IMG/VR virus record: IMGVR_UViG_3300029525_000001
Location: 1,939-65,938 of that record
Source of the DNA: a virus
Strand: one strand, 5' to 3'
Length of the DNA: 64,000 nt
Positions 30,069-41,500 of this stretch are shown here, piece by piece (positions within the stretch are counted from its first letter, which is position 1; each line of letters begins with the position of its first letter). Both the position numbers and the translations under genes were made by a program. The notes beneath the pieces were generated by a model. It was not told the DNA's origin and did not search any database. It was given only the letters and a program-made list of their open reading frames with translations.

Positions 30069-30641
30069 TTATACACTAGCAGTTGGCAATGTGTATGCAG
30101 GGTCAATGTAGAATGGTGTCTTGCGAGTTACGCTTCCATCTTTAACTTCTACCAACTGACCTGTGCCAGCCAATGCAACCTTTGCCAAGTTAGAGTTCAG
30201 TGACTCAATGGTTGTCTTGGAGTTGAGCTGCAACTTAGGCAGAATCAATGCTGTGTGTGTAGTACCGTCTGCGTTGTCAAAAACTACTGCGACCTCTGCA
30301 TACATCAGCTTGTAACCAGATGGAGCGTAAATCTTACCATCAGTACCCTTTGTAAAGCCGCACAATGCAGTCAATACAGGAGCTTGAGTATCTGCAACCT
30401 CGGCAGCAAACTGATACTTACCAGTTGTCACGATAGACATGATAGGAGTATCAGAAGTCTCGCGCTCAATATCGGTAGTATCGTTATCGTCCTGAGAGAT
30501 AGATGTGGTGTCGCGAACAACATCGTCCAAATCGTAATAATCGTCACCAGCCGCATTACCATTGAACGGACGAACAATAATGTGTGAAGGCTTAGAGAGC
30601 TTGATTGCACCTGCGCCTGTACTTGTAACTTTCGTTGCCAT
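30069..30641 (-). CDS. major tail (tube) protein
   Basis: 190 aa, T/D/A-rich, followed by a terminator; position in the tail module. Confidence 0.7.
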   Translation of the reverse strand: MATKVTSTGAGAIKLSKPSHIIVRPFNGNAAGDDYYDLDDVVRDTTSISQDDNDTTDIERETSDTPIMSIVTTGKYQFAAEVADTQAPVLTALCGFTKGTDGKIYAPSGYKLMYAEVAVVFDNADGTTHTALILPKLQLNSKTTIESLNSNLAKVALAGTGQLVEVKDGSVTRKTPFYIDPAYTLPTASV

Positions 30642-30683
30642 ATTGTTATGAGTTTAAATTGTTATCCTAAATAAATGAAATAA

Positions 30684-31082
30684 TTAACGTACAATAACCG
30701 AAACAGAAATCATCTGAAAATGAAACTGGCGGTTTGAGTCATATCCGCTATCACGGTATAATGTACTGATTGTATAGTTTGCGTCTCTTGATTCATCAAT
30801 GATTTTGTCAAGAACACCTTCCATCTTGTCAAGTAACTTTACATTCTTTCTAAGTGGAGTTCCCTTTGGTCTTGCATAAAGATAAATGTTAGCATAGCCA
30901 GAAGAATAACCGCCATAATCTCTTTGCTGACCTACGTCCACATTGACAAAATCATCCCAGTTCTTACTAGTTGTAGGTGGCAATTCTCCAACAAATATGT
31001 TGTTTGAGATTTTTCCCTTAGTAAGAAGCATCGAAAAGAAATTCTCAATTCGAGACAATCTGCGATTAATCCTCTGTGCCAT
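30684..31082 (-). CDS. tail terminator-like protein
   Basis: Size and position immediately before the tube gene. Confidence 0.5.
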   Translation of the reverse strand: MAQRINRRLSRIENFFSMLLTKGKISNNIFVGELPPTTSKNWDDFVNVDVGQQRDYGGYSSGYANIYLYARPKGTPLRKNVKLLDKMEGVLDKIIDESRDANYTISTLYRDSGYDSNRQFHFQMISVSVIVR

Positions 31083-31123
31083 ACCTTGTTATCCTAAATA
31101 CATTTTACCTTATGATGAAAAAA

Positions 31124-31555
31124 CTAAATATCAGTACCCTTGATGTAAGCTACACATCCATGCATTTGTGTCGGATAAACGCCAATAACCATTCCGTCAA
31201 CGTCCATTCCGTACATTTTTCCACGGAAACGAATGCCAGCATTCAAACCTTCAGGAATATATTCTTCATCTTTTCCGTCTTCTCCTTCTTTCGTTGGCAT
31301 CGGAAAATAGATTGTATATCCTAACGTAACTACGCCCGAATTAAACAGCTTATTGGTTTCCTGAATATCGCAATCAGTTTCAAAAATGATAGTTTCTACA
31401 TTTTCTGTTTCTGACTCACCTGCACTAGTATCAGTATCGCCTAACATATCCCCATCGCTTCCGATAAGGTCTCCATCTTCTTTCGGGTTTTGTTCCGAGC
31501 GGTAGAACACGCCATGATAGGCATATTCATCCAAAGCATTTCTGTCAGTGTACAT
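31124..31555 (-). CDS. head closure/stopper-like protein
   Basis: Size and position; CDIQE...YTIYFP pattern. Confidence 0.5.
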   Translation of the reverse strand: MYTDRNALDEYAYHGVFYRSEQNPKEDGDLIGSDGDMLGDTDTSAGESETENVETIIFETDCDIQETNKLFNSGVVTLGYTIYFPMPTKEGEDGKDEEYIPEGLNAGIRFRGKMYGMDVDGMVIGVYPTQMHGCVAYIKGTDI

Positions 31556-31558
31556 AGC

Positions 31559-31945
31559 TTACCAATCTGTTTCTTTAATCCATTTAACCTCTCCATCGGT
31601 TTCATTGAGAGCTTCAAGTTTTTCGTCCTCTCCATACTTCTTGTAAAGTCTTTTGAGTTCTGATTTGATACTCAACAATGCAGCCGATGTAATGGTCTGA
31701 GCACCTACCGTAAGAGTATATGCGCCATGTTGGTTTGTGGTCGATGCTGTCTGATAGACACCGAATACAATCTTTTCCAAGAGTGCAATCTTGCATCTGT
31801 CTTTCTGTTCTTCTGTCAAGTCCAAATAAGACTCGACATCAGAAACGCCGCAATCCAAAGCGACATTGTTTAATGCCGACTTGTCAAAGACAAAGTTAGT
31901 CATGCCGCTAAGATAGTCCAATATGTCAAACTTTGATGCTGCCAT
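31559..31945 (-). CDS. head-tail adaptor-like protein
   Basis: 128-aa helical ORF directly after the capsid gene. Confidence 0.5.
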   Translation of the reverse strand: MAASKFDILDYLSGMTNFVFDKSALNNVALDCGVSDVESYLDLTEEQKDRCKIALLEKIVFGVYQTASTTNQHGAYTLTVGAQTITSAALLSIKSELKRLYKKYGEDEKLEALNETDGEVKWIKETDW

Positions 31946-31994
31946 TGAGAGATAAATGAATTAAATGTTATCGTATATTGTGAGTGAACCACCA

Positions 31995-33191
31995 TTAAGA
32001 TACAGCACCATCACCAGCTACCTCGGTGTGGATAATCTCATGGTTGGTGAATGAGATAAGAGCTGGAATAGCAGACATCATTACGTCTGTATGCCACTCC
32101 TTCAATCGACCATTGTCAGTTGTGGTGTTCATCGCTGTAACCAAACCATTGAGCATGGTTGCGAAAGTGGTATCAATAGTACTTGCACCATAGCCACTAC
32201 CGAATACGTCACGCTCCAAAACATCTGTGTATTTGAACTCTACAGCATCACCAGCAGGGCGAAGAACAACGCGATTATCTGCCCAACCCTTGACAAATGT
32301 GTCGGTTGTGCGTGTCTTGTTGCGCTCCTTCTCAACGACAATCTCAATAGGAGAAATACCTTGAATGTCTGTAAATGACTTCAAGAATTGCTCGTTAGTG
32401 ATAGGCATACCCTCAACGTATGCGATATAGTTAGCCTTACACCAAGCAACATACAAGTCGCGTACTTCTTGGTTCTGAAGGAATACGTCATTGTACATCT
32501 TTTTTGTCATCTTCCAAGTAAGAGCACCATCGTAGCCTCCTCGCTTATCACGATAAGCGTCTTCTAACTTACGCATCTGTGTGAGAATTTTACAATCTGC
32601 GGAAGTCCAAGCCTTTGCACCAGCCTTCTGAAAATTATCATTTGGAAGACGAGCATCATAGAGCTTGCCGTAGATACCAGCACCAAGACCAGTGTAATCA
32701 ATCTTACCAGTCGTTTCCAACTGCGCGGTTGTGTTGTTCAATGTAGCCTTCGCGGACTTCAATCCAACTGCGAGGTAGTTACGTACCCAACGAGCTATGA
32801 TGCGGTCTGCGTTGCCAAACTGTGCACACATCTTTTCCTTGTAAATACGCTGTGCAGCAGTCTCTACGAAACCACGACCGATGAAGTCTGGAATGGATGC
32901 AGTGTACTCTGCCTCACCCTCGGCGTCCATCTGATGTGAATCGCCGAGAGGCGCACGCATATCCATGACTGGTGCAGCTTCCAACTTATATGAAGTCATT
33001 CGGAAAGTAGCAGAACCATCATCCGCTGTTGGAGTAGGTGCATCAGCAATATGCCCCTGTGTCATTGCCCAACCTTCATCCATGTTAAGGAGGTCTGAGT
33101 TGTCAACGAGAGACTGAAACAGTTCACTACCGCCATCTTTTGAACGGAAGAGTGCAGCCCAATCCGAGTTGTTAATGTCAAATCTTTGCAT
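31995..33191 (-). CDS. major capsid protein
   Basis: 398 aa, downstream of the scaffold and decoration genes; lambda gpE-like layout (IDY...W...C-terminal SAIPAL). Confidence 0.75.
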   Translation of the reverse strand: MQRFDINNSDWAALFRSKDGGSELFQSLVDNSDLLNMDEGWAMTQGHIADAPTPTADDGSATFRMTSYKLEAAPVMDMRAPLGDSHQMDAEGEAEYTASIPDFIGRGFVETAAQRIYKEKMCAQFGNADRIIARWVRNYLAVGLKSAKATLNNTTAQLETTGKIDYTGLGAGIYGKLYDARLPNDNFQKAGAKAWTSADCKILTQMRKLEDAYRDKRGGYDGALTWKMTKKMYNDVFLQNQEVRDLYVAWCKANYIAYVEGMPITNEQFLKSFTDIQGISPIEIVVEKERNKTRTTDTFVKGWADNRVVLRPAGDAVEFKYTDVLERDVFGSGYGASTIDTTFATMLNGLVTAMNTTTDNGRLKEWHTDVMMSAIPALISFTNHEIIHTEVAGDGAVS

Positions 33192-33247
33192 ATCCTAAAT
33201 ACAATTAATTACAAAAAAATAAGTTTGTTATCATTTACTTGGTCTGA

Positions 33248-34000
33248 TTAATTAAACCAGAACCAAGTCTTTACACGGCTCTTGTTGAGAGCGAGAACTG
33301 CTGGTGGCAAATTGCCGATAGCTACAAGGTCGATAACAGTATCTTCTTGCGCCAACGCTGGAGTAAGCATATACTCCAAATCGTCAACCCCTTCCATGTT
33401 CGCGTCATACAAGAAATCCATATCCTTGTCTGCGTAAGCATTAGGATTAGTAACCATAGGAAGCGTTTCTGCATCTGCTTTTGCTGCTTCTACGAGAATG
33501 TCACCAGCTTTCTGTGCTGTACCAAGTGTCTCTGATACTGTAACGAGCCAAATATCGTTTGAACCGTCGGTAGTTTTCTCCACATTGGTGATAGTGACAC
33601 CCTTTGCTTGTGTGGCAAAATCTTTCTGTCCTACCATGATAGTATCGCCAGCATACGGTATGTGGTGATAGCCGTCACGAACCAATTTGTAGGTTACGTC
33701 TGTCTCAGTAGCATCCTTCGCCAGCTCATAGAACTTCAAAATCTTTACCTCTGCACCAGTAGTGTTGTTAATGTTAGGTGTGTACTCAACGAGGTCACCT
33801 GCATAAATCTTCGCTCTACCCTTGAATGGGTTCTTCAAGATGCCACCCGTAGTAGGATAACAGAGCGCATCCTTGCTGCCCTTAGCGAGCTTTACGAAGA
33901 CATTCTTATGACCTCCAATAGAGCCATGTGCCTGAATGAGTGTGCGACCAGTGAATACCGCACCACCATTGGCTTGTCTTGTGAAAAAGTTATCCAACAT
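33248..34000 (-). CDS. head decoration/structural protein
   Basis: 250 aa between scaffold and capsid genes. Confidence 0.55.
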   Translation of the reverse strand: MLDNFFTRQANGGAVFTGRTLIQAHGSIGGHKNVFVKLAKGSKDALCYPTTGGILKNPFKGRAKIYAGDLVEYTPNINNTTGAEVKILKFYELAKDATETDVTYKLVRDGYHHIPYAGDTIMVGQKDFATQAKGVTITNVEKTTDGSNDIWLVTVSETLGTAQKAGDILVEAAKADAETLPMVTNPNAYADKDMDFLYDANMEGVDDLEYMLTPALAQEDTVIDLVAIGNLPPAVLALNKSRVKTWFWFN

Positions 34001-34043
34001 AATCTTTTTACCTTAAAGAGTTAATAATTAATGTTATCCGAAT

Positions 34044-34685
34044 TTACTTGCCAGCAGGATTTGATGTACCGAGGATTTTGTTTACGCCTGCCCATCGTTC
34101 AGCACCGATAGGTTTATCTCCATTACCGCCACTTGGATTGCCTGGAGTGCCACCGCCATTTACGTGGGATATGTTGTAAAACTCTTCCGCATCGGTAAAT
34201 TCCTGCTCGATGTCCGAGTCCTTAGTGAGGTTCAACTTGCTCATGTACTTTTCAATCCACTTACTATCGTTGATACCTTTCTCCTTGAACTTGGCGAGAA
34301 GTTCACTACGTTTCTGTGATACAAGCTTAGATGCTTCGTATTCTGCATCCTTCTTCTCTAGAGCTTCCAAGCGTTCCAAAAGCTTCTTTTCAACAGCCGA
34401 AGGCTCTTTGCCATCGTCATTTGGGTTTGGCTTGGTGTCAGGATGCTCATCGTTCCATTTCTTGATGAAGTCGGCATTATCCTTCTCGTAGTTGCCGTTA
34501 AGGGAAACATACTGCGGCAAAATCTTCTTCACCAAATCATCTAACTCTGTATCTTCACCAACTAAGAGGTCAAAGTGGGAATCACTCAAACTCTTTATTG
34601 TCTTTTCACTGATGGAAAGGTGTTTTCCGTTTGCAGTGAGCTTTGCTTTTAGGGTGTCTAAAAGTTGTTGTTTTGTAAACTTCAT
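34044..34685 (-). CDS. capsid scaffolding protein
   Basis: Charged coiled coil with a GGGTPGNPSGG tail; first gene of the head operon. Confidence 0.65.
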   Translation of the reverse strand: MKFTKQQLLDTLKAKLTANGKHLSISEKTIKSLSDSHFDLLVGEDTELDDLVKKILPQYVSLNGNYEKDNADFIKKWNDEHPDTKPNPNDDGKEPSAVEKKLLERLEALEKKDAEYEASKLVSQKRSELLAKFKEKGINDSKWIEKYMSKLNLTKDSDIEQEFTDAEEFYNISHVNGGGTPGNPSGGNGDKPIGAERWAGVNKILGTSNPAGK

Positions 34686-34710
34686 ATTACTAATTTTTAA
34701 AATTCTGCTG

Positions 34711-34822
34711 CAAAGATAATTAAATAATGTGGTGATTTGCAGGTTTTTATAAACTCTATTTGTTACGTAACCAATATAGAATTATTTTCACGACATTATA
34801 TATTATAAATTAGGTATCTTTG
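34711..34822. promoter_or_regulatory. divergent promoter pair for the head/tail and packaging operons
   Basis: TATCTTTG-CAGC on minus (34718-34711) and on plus (34815-34822). Confidence 0.7.
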
Positions 34823-34826
34823 CAGC

Positions 34827-36437
34827 ATGAACACGAATAAAGATATAGAAATCAGACCACAAGAGGGCTTTCAAATGTCCTTTGCAAGTAGCAACGTTGA
34901 CGTTGTTTTTGGTGGCGGAAATCTCGGAGGAGGCAAATCGTATGGTCTTGTACTTGCGATGGCAGAGCCTTTAATGACCGACCCAGATTTTCGTGCAATG
35001 ATTTCACGCCGTTCACTTGGTAATCAAAAAGCAGGTGGAGGATTCGTAGAGAAGTTCAAACAGATATTCGGAGCTGATTTCGTAAAAATCAGAGAGAGCG
35101 AGAATCCGCGCGTTACATTTCCGAACGGAACGTTTGTCGATTTGACGTATCTTGACGATTCCAATATAGATAAGTTGAGAGAGCGCGCGAAAGGATGGGA
35201 GTACGATTTGATTGCGATTGACGAGTTGACGGAGATGACTTGGGAAGTTTTCTCTTACGTTATGACTCGAAACAGAGGTCAGAGCAAGACGTTTACAGGT
35301 AAGTTCTTTGCAACACTTAATCCGAAGCGTAGCCACTGGACAAGAATATTCCTTGATTGGTATATTGGTTCAGATGGTTTTATCATCCCAGAGCGTGATG
35401 GTGTAGTCAGATACTTCTATTGTGCAGGACCGACTGTTAAGGATGTTGTTTGGGGGATGTCTAAGCGAGAAGTCTATGAGAAATGTAAAATAGATATAGA
35501 CAGAAAGCTTAAAACCATTGGCGGCAACTTTGGATATGAAGTAATGATTAAGAGCTTTGTTTTCTATCAAGGTAAACTTGGTTCAAACAAGAAGATGCTT
35601 GAAAACAACTCTGGCTATTTAGGTTCTGTAGCTGCATCGGGCGGCAGAATGGCACAAGCTCTTATGGAGGGTAACTTCAATGTTGACCCAGAAGAGGATG
35701 AGGATATACCGATTCCTAGCCAAGCGGCACGAGATTGCTTCGTAAAAGACCCATCCGTAAATGGTGACAAATGGATAACAATCGACTTGGCAGATTTCGG
35801 AAAGGATAATACTCTGATGTTGTCTTGGAACGGATTCCATATCGTCAATTACGAAATCGTAATGCATTCGACACCGCGAATTAATGCAGAGAGAGCTAGA
35901 TTGTTTGCGGCAAGTGAGGGAGTAGCAGAGAGCCATATTATCTATGATGCTACGGCAGGTAGGTATTTCAATGACTATATACCCGATGCTATACCTTACA
36001 TATCAGCGGCAAAGGCAATGGGAATTTATTATTTGTCTGCTATGACAATAAAAGACCTATGCTACTTGCGACTGAGTTATATGATTAAGCGAGGACAGCT
36101 CACATTCTCTGATAAGGTCGCAAATGCGGTTTATACGCATCAAAACCTCAAATACAGAGTTTCCATACAGAATGAGTTCATGGAAGAATGTGCGGTAGTT
36201 CGCTTTGATAAGATGCAGAACGGAAAGAAGAAGTTACAGAGCAAGAAGGAAATGAACAGGAATCTTGGAAAAGACCGTTCTATGGACTTGCTCGACCCTT
36301 GCGCAATGAGAATGTACCCATGTTTGAATATGGAGTATGGTAGCGAGCTACAAGAAGGATTCAGACTTGCAGCACAAGATGTTGAAGAAAAGAATCCTAA
36401 TGCACAGAGCATTTATGATGATACGTTGTACTATTAA
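34827..36437 (+). CDS. terL: terminase large subunit
   Basis: Walker A GGGNLGGGKS, Walker B IAIDE, coupling motif ATLNP, nuclease TIDLADFGKD and SMDLLD. Confidence 0.92.
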   Translation: MNTNKDIEIRPQEGFQMSFASSNVDVVFGGGNLGGGKSYGLVLAMAEPLMTDPDFRAMISRRSLGNQKAGGGFVEKFKQIFGADFVKIRESENPRVTFPNGTFVDLTYLDDSNIDKLRERAKGWEYDLIAIDELTEMTWEVFSYVMTRNRGQSKTFTGKFFATLNPKRSHWTRIFLDWYIGSDGFIIPERDGVVRYFYCAGPTVKDVVWGMSKREVYEKCKIDIDRKLKTIGGNFGYEVMIKSFVFYQGKLGSNKKMLENNSGYLGSVAASGGRMAQALMEGNFNVDPEEDEDIPIPSQAARDCFVKDPSVNGDKWITIDLADFGKDNTLMLSWNGFHIVNYEIVMHSTPRINAERARLFAASEGVAESHIIYDATAGRYFNDYIPDAIPYISAAKAMGIYYLSAMTIKDLCYLRLSYMIKRGQLTFSDKVANAVYTHQNLKYRVSIQNEFMEECAVVRFDKMQNGKKKLQSKKEMNRNLGKDRSMDLLDPCAMRMYPCLNMEYGSELQEGFRLAAQDVEEKNPNAQSIYDDTLYY

Positions 36438-36448
36438 TTTTAGAATAT

Positions 36449-37039
36449 ATGCTGAAAAAAGAAAATATAAAAATGATTCTTGAATCCGTGCGGATTGACT
36501 GGGATAAATGCGATGAGAAAGATATTGCGTTTGCTATCCTATGTGACGCATTGGAAGATAAGACTTTAGCGTATCGTCTTGCTTATCGTAAGAGTGAAAA
36601 GGATGCAGCGAAATTCTACGAAACTCCACGATTCAAGAAACTGCTAGATGTTCTAGAACCTTTCGGTATCGGAAATGTTAATAACAACGCTATCACCAAG
36701 GAAGAGAACAAAAACGAGCTTCTTAAAATGCTCGACAAGATAGACCAAGCTCTTAGTGATGGAAATCTTGAACCGAAAGATGCATTGAAGATGCAGACTG
36801 ATATACGTGTAAAGCTGAATGATAAATTCGAAATGGAAGAGTCACAGAAGCAGAAGCGAATCATCGTAGTACCAAGCAAACACGATATTGTTTGTCCTAA
36901 TACAAACAGAGAATGTAACTACTGGGCTTCAAAAAAAGCTTGTTGCAGACATTATGGATTGATTGACCCACAAGAGAACAACGATTCACAAAATAGCAAC
37001 GATGTTGAACCATCATTAAACGACAATAACGATGAGTAG
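36449..37039 (+). CDS. putative terminase small subunit
   Basis: AYRLAY...ITKEE...KDALK pattern reminiscent of TerS; lies between TerL and portal. Confidence 0.45.
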   Translation: MLKKENIKMILESVRIDWDKCDEKDIAFAILCDALEDKTLAYRLAYRKSEKDAAKFYETPRFKKLLDVLEPFGIGNVNNNAITKEENKNELLKMLDKIDQALSDGNLEPKDALKMQTDIRVKLNDKFEMEESQKQKRIIVVPSKHDIVCPNTNRECNYWASKKACCRHYGLIDPQENNDSQNSNDVEPSLNDNNDE

Positions 37040-38567
37040 AAAGAGACAAGATATAATTAATGATTTTTTGGAGAATCCGCAGAAACTGCTTCTGAAAAAG
37101 CCGTTTTTGAGAGGTTCGCGCTCTATTACTATCAACGATTCTTCTGATGGTTCGGATATTAAGACGAACTTCCGAAAAGAAGCACAGCTCCCAAATATTA
37201 GCAAGATAGTTGTTAGTCAAGAGCGCTTTGCGAAGGAGTTAGACCCTTATTCTCACAGGGTATTGTTTGATACGAACTTACCTTCTATATGTTGCAAGCT
37301 TGATGATGGCAGTTATTGCGAGATTGAGTTTAAGAAGTTTGGCATTCCTATGCAACAACGTATTGTTGACAAGAAAGCTCTATGTTTAGGTGGTAATAAA
37401 CGTAACCACATATTACATGACAGCAATCCGACTGATAAGCTCAAAAAGAACTTTGCCGATTTCAAGTGGCATTGGAAAGAGACAAATCAGGATGGTATCG
37501 AAATGCAAGCTATACGTATTCAGCAGAGTTATGGTGATGTTGGCTTACTCGTTTACATGAATGAGGATAACGAAGTAAAAAGTAGGCTATTCTCGTATGA
37601 AGATGGCTATCAGATTATCACACACAAAGACGATAATGGAGAACCGCTTCTTGATTGCGTGTATTATCGCACAGAGGATAATGTAAGACACATTGATGCA
37701 TACGATAAGACATATCATTATCATTTCACAGATGTATTCGTTCAGGACGTTGATACAAACGAAGTACTGAAAGGCTGGTGCTTGGAAAGCAAGGAAAAAC
37801 ACGGATTCTCGGAGAGTCCACTTGTTACAAAGCGTGGTGATGTTGCTTGGAATAACGGTCAAGACCTTATCGAGCTATTCGAGATTATCTATAATCTGTT
37901 TGCGGTCATCCAAAAACGTCACGGATGGGGAATCCTTTATATCAAGGGGAAGCTCAATGAAACCGCAAAGAAGATTGCTGGTTCTATCATCCTGAATGAT
38001 ACAAGCATTGAAGGAAATGGCAGCGCAGAGTTTAAGACTCCACCTTCTCCACAGAACATGATTGAGTTCATGCAGTCAATTCTCGACCAATTGCAGATTG
38101 CTACAGGATGTACATTTATCTTGCCGAAGGATATTAAGTCTAGTGGCGATATAAGCGGTTTGGCAATTCAGATGACACGTTCTTTGGATATTGAGGAGGC
38201 TAACAATGCAGCTATTGAATGGCAGAATTTCGTCAGCAAACATTCAAGATTGTTCAAGGAAGGATTGGCAAAGCAGTTGGTTGCAAGCGGCGAGAATCCT
38301 ACTGCTATCACTGAGTTTAAGCAGATGAGAATCAGTACATCATTTAAGCCTTGGCAGCCATTCGATGAAAGTGCATGGAATCAGATGCTTTGTACATTGA
38401 GCGGTGCAGGTTTGATTTCTACTAAGACTGGTGTTGAAAAGAATACTGTTTCTGCACCTGACGAGGAAGTAAGATTGCAGACTCAGCAAGAAGAGGCAGA
38501 TGAACGTGCCGAAAAACAAGCTGAGATTACCGCAATGACAAAGAATACAAACAATAATAAAGAATAA
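37032..38567 (+). CDS. portal protein
   Basis: 511 aa in the packaging operon; SPP1-like features (SYGDVGLLVY, DISGLAI, GLISTKT). Confidence 0.8.
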   Translation: MSRKRQDIINDFLENPQKLLLKKPFLRGSRSITINDSSDGSDIKTNFRKEAQLPNISKIVVSQERFAKELDPYSHRVLFDTNLPSICCKLDDGSYCEIEFKKFGIPMQQRIVDKKALCLGGNKRNHILHDSNPTDKLKKNFADFKWHWKETNQDGIEMQAIRIQQSYGDVGLLVYMNEDNEVKSRLFSYEDGYQIITHKDDNGEPLLDCVYYRTEDNVRHIDAYDKTYHYHFTDVFVQDVDTNEVLKGWCLESKEKHGFSESPLVTKRGDVAWNNGQDLIELFEIIYNLFAVIQKRHGWGILYIKGKLNETAKKIAGSIILNDTSIEGNGSAEFKTPPSPQNMIEFMQSILDQLQIATGCTFILPKDIKSSGDISGLAIQMTRSLDIEEANNAAIEWQNFVSKHSRLFKEGLAKQLVASGENPTAITEFKQMRISTSFKPWQPFDESAWNQMLCTLSGAGLISTKTGVEKNTVSAPDEEVRLQTQQEEADERAEKQAEITAMTKNTNNNKE

Positions 38568-38569
38568 AC

Positions 38570-41500
38570 ATGAAGGCAGAATCATTATACATACAGAAGT
38601 TGACTTACGATGAGAACACTGGTAATGAAATTATCGGTTTGTTCCCATCGGAAGCTAACCCTGCTATTGTATCTTCATATACCTACGATGCAAAACGTAT
38701 GGGTGGTGCTCCTACCCTTACTGCTACAATATATTCATCTGAGCCTTTGCAATGGAAGAAGGAAGAGTTCGTGGAGTACAATGGCGATAGATTCTTTGCG
38801 TCCTATACACCAAACTCTACAAAGGATAATTCGTCTAGAATGTGGAAGAGCGAAATCACTTTCACATCTAGAAGAGAATTGCTTGATAACACTCTGTTCT
38901 TTGATGTTGTCGTTGATGATGTTGATACACATAATAAAGACAGATACCGCTCAAATCAGACAAAGTTCACGTTTGGTGGAACTATCCATGAGTTTGTTGC
39001 TCGCGTCAATAGCTCAATGGCATATTGTGGATTGTATCGTCCTACAGATGAATACAAGGGATATTACGTTGTTGTTGATGAAGGGTATGGAACAGATGAA
39101 GTTAAGGAAGTATCATTTGAAGACCAATATTTGACTGATGTTTTACAGCTTATCAACACAACTTTTGAGCTTGATTACTACTGGGATGGCAGCGTTTGTC
39201 ATGTCGGTAAGGTACAGCACGACTTAACCGATACACCTATTAAATATGGTAGTAGTGATGCTCTTATATCTGTATCTAAGGAGAATGCGAACTATAAGAT
39301 AGTTGATATGATAACAGGTTACGGTTCATCTGATAATCTGCCATATTACTATCCTAATGATGATGAGTTCGGTGAGGCTATATTTGACGCAAAAAATATA
39401 GCAAGTGAGCATGTAGATGTTACGTTATCGGATTATTTGAGATATTCAAAATATAACGATAATCTTGTTCTTTTTAAGAGTAAGAAGGGAAAGTACGAAG
39501 GAAATGTTGATGTGTCTACATTATATGTAAGAGATACTTATTCTCCTGAGAATCTTACGCAAGCTGACAATAGTCAAAATCCAAAGGTTAAATGTTGGTT
39601 TTGGGTTAGTATAAAAATAAATGTAAAGAAAGGTCAGATTATAGATTTCTCTAAAATCTCGTTTAATTTTGAGCTGTTTGACTATATTCAAAAAAAAGAG
39701 AATATAACAAACCTATCAAGTGCAACAAGAACCATAAATATATACACAACATATCACGACCTTTATAAAAACGTATGTACTGATTCTAACTTGGGTGATG
39801 CATGTAGTGTTGAATTTGCAGAAGATGGAACATTCTATATTGATATTGATGCAATATTTTCATACAACTGCAAAGTGTTCACTATGGACGGAAAAAGAAC
39901 ATTTTATGGTTCAAGTGCATGGAAGGTTTCTTTTAGTGGTGATGTAGTTTTTTCTCTTGACACAAATTCAGAATATAGTTGGAAAAATGGTGATAATTAT
40001 ATTCCTCTTGACAATTCTGGTATTTATGTTAATGGAATAGCATCTGCAAAATATGTAGAGTATGACTATAACTTCGGAAAAAATGACGAAGGTATTTATG
40101 GGTTTGATAAAATCTATACTGGAACAGAGGATGATGCAGTACAAGTGTCTGTAACAGGTCGAAAATGGATTGCACCATCATCGGTACTTATGCCTTCTAT
40201 ATATCGCAACACGAAAGGTGCAGAGCGTTTCTACTACGCTTTGAATAACGCCCATAAATTGCCTAGTGGTAGCGGATATTATGAGTTTGTAAACTTGTAT
40301 AAGAAAGGAAATCCTCATCAAGGAACTGTTACTTTTGATGATATAAAGCCAACTATCAATGGAATTGTAAATGCGGAAGGACAATTGCTTGGAGAGATTG
40401 CTGATGTTGCTTTTGATAAAGAAGATAGTGACGTAAAGGATAGCGATGGAAAATATATTCATAACTATTTCTATATAAAGTTGCATAAGTTTAATGGTGA
40501 TTTTGGATTTGACTTATTTGCTCATGCATTAGCTAGCGAATCGGCAAAGATTAATCTCATCAAGAGTAACGGATGCCCTGCTTGTTCGTTTACCATTGAC
40601 TGCTATTGGAATAGCACAAAAAATAAGTGCTATAACAATGTACTTACTGACGGAAATGGAAATTTGAAGTCAGATAGTGGAAAAATGAATAGCAAAGGTG
40701 ATTATATACTTAACGACACATACGTTGAGGATAACAAATCAAACCAAGATTCAACGAAAGAAGAACTTTGGATTTGCGTTCAAAAAGACACATCAACACT
40801 AGGTATCATAATGCCAAACGCGAGTGCTGGATTTAAACCGCAAAAGGGAGATTTGTTTGTTATCACAGGCATCAAACCTCCAAAGGTTCTTGTAACGGCA
40901 GCAGAGAAACGACTCGATGATGCTCTTATCAAGCACATGAGCGAAAACAATACAGACCAGTTCAACTACTCTGTTAAGTTTTCTCGCATATTCTTGCAAG
41001 AAAATCCTGACTTTGCAAGTAAGCTAAACGAGAATGCAAAGCTGTCAATACAAATACAGGGCGATTCGGATAGCGATGGAAATCTTATTAGTCACGAAGT
41101 TTTCGTCAGCAACTACTCTGTAAAGGTTGATAACGATGAGCTGGCAGAAGTTGAGATTGAGCTTGTTAATTCGTTGGAAGTTACAAAGAGTGATACGAAG
41201 CAGATTATTGATGCAGTAAAAGGAGAAACTGTTAAATCTCTATCTAGCATGGTTGGTGGTAGTAATACCAATAGCTTTAATGCTAGTATAACCGATAAAA
41301 TGTATCTCTCTAAACTGAAAGACGATACCGCAAATGGTACTATCACCTTTCAGAAGGTTCAGAAGTTCTTGCAGGGATTGACAGCAGAAGACTTATCACA
41401 GTTCAAGAAAGGCGCGACCTTCGGGGAGTTCGTCCAGGGAATGCTCTTTGGTACTGGTGGCAGGATTGACGAACTGGGCAACGCTGAGTTTGAGAGTATC

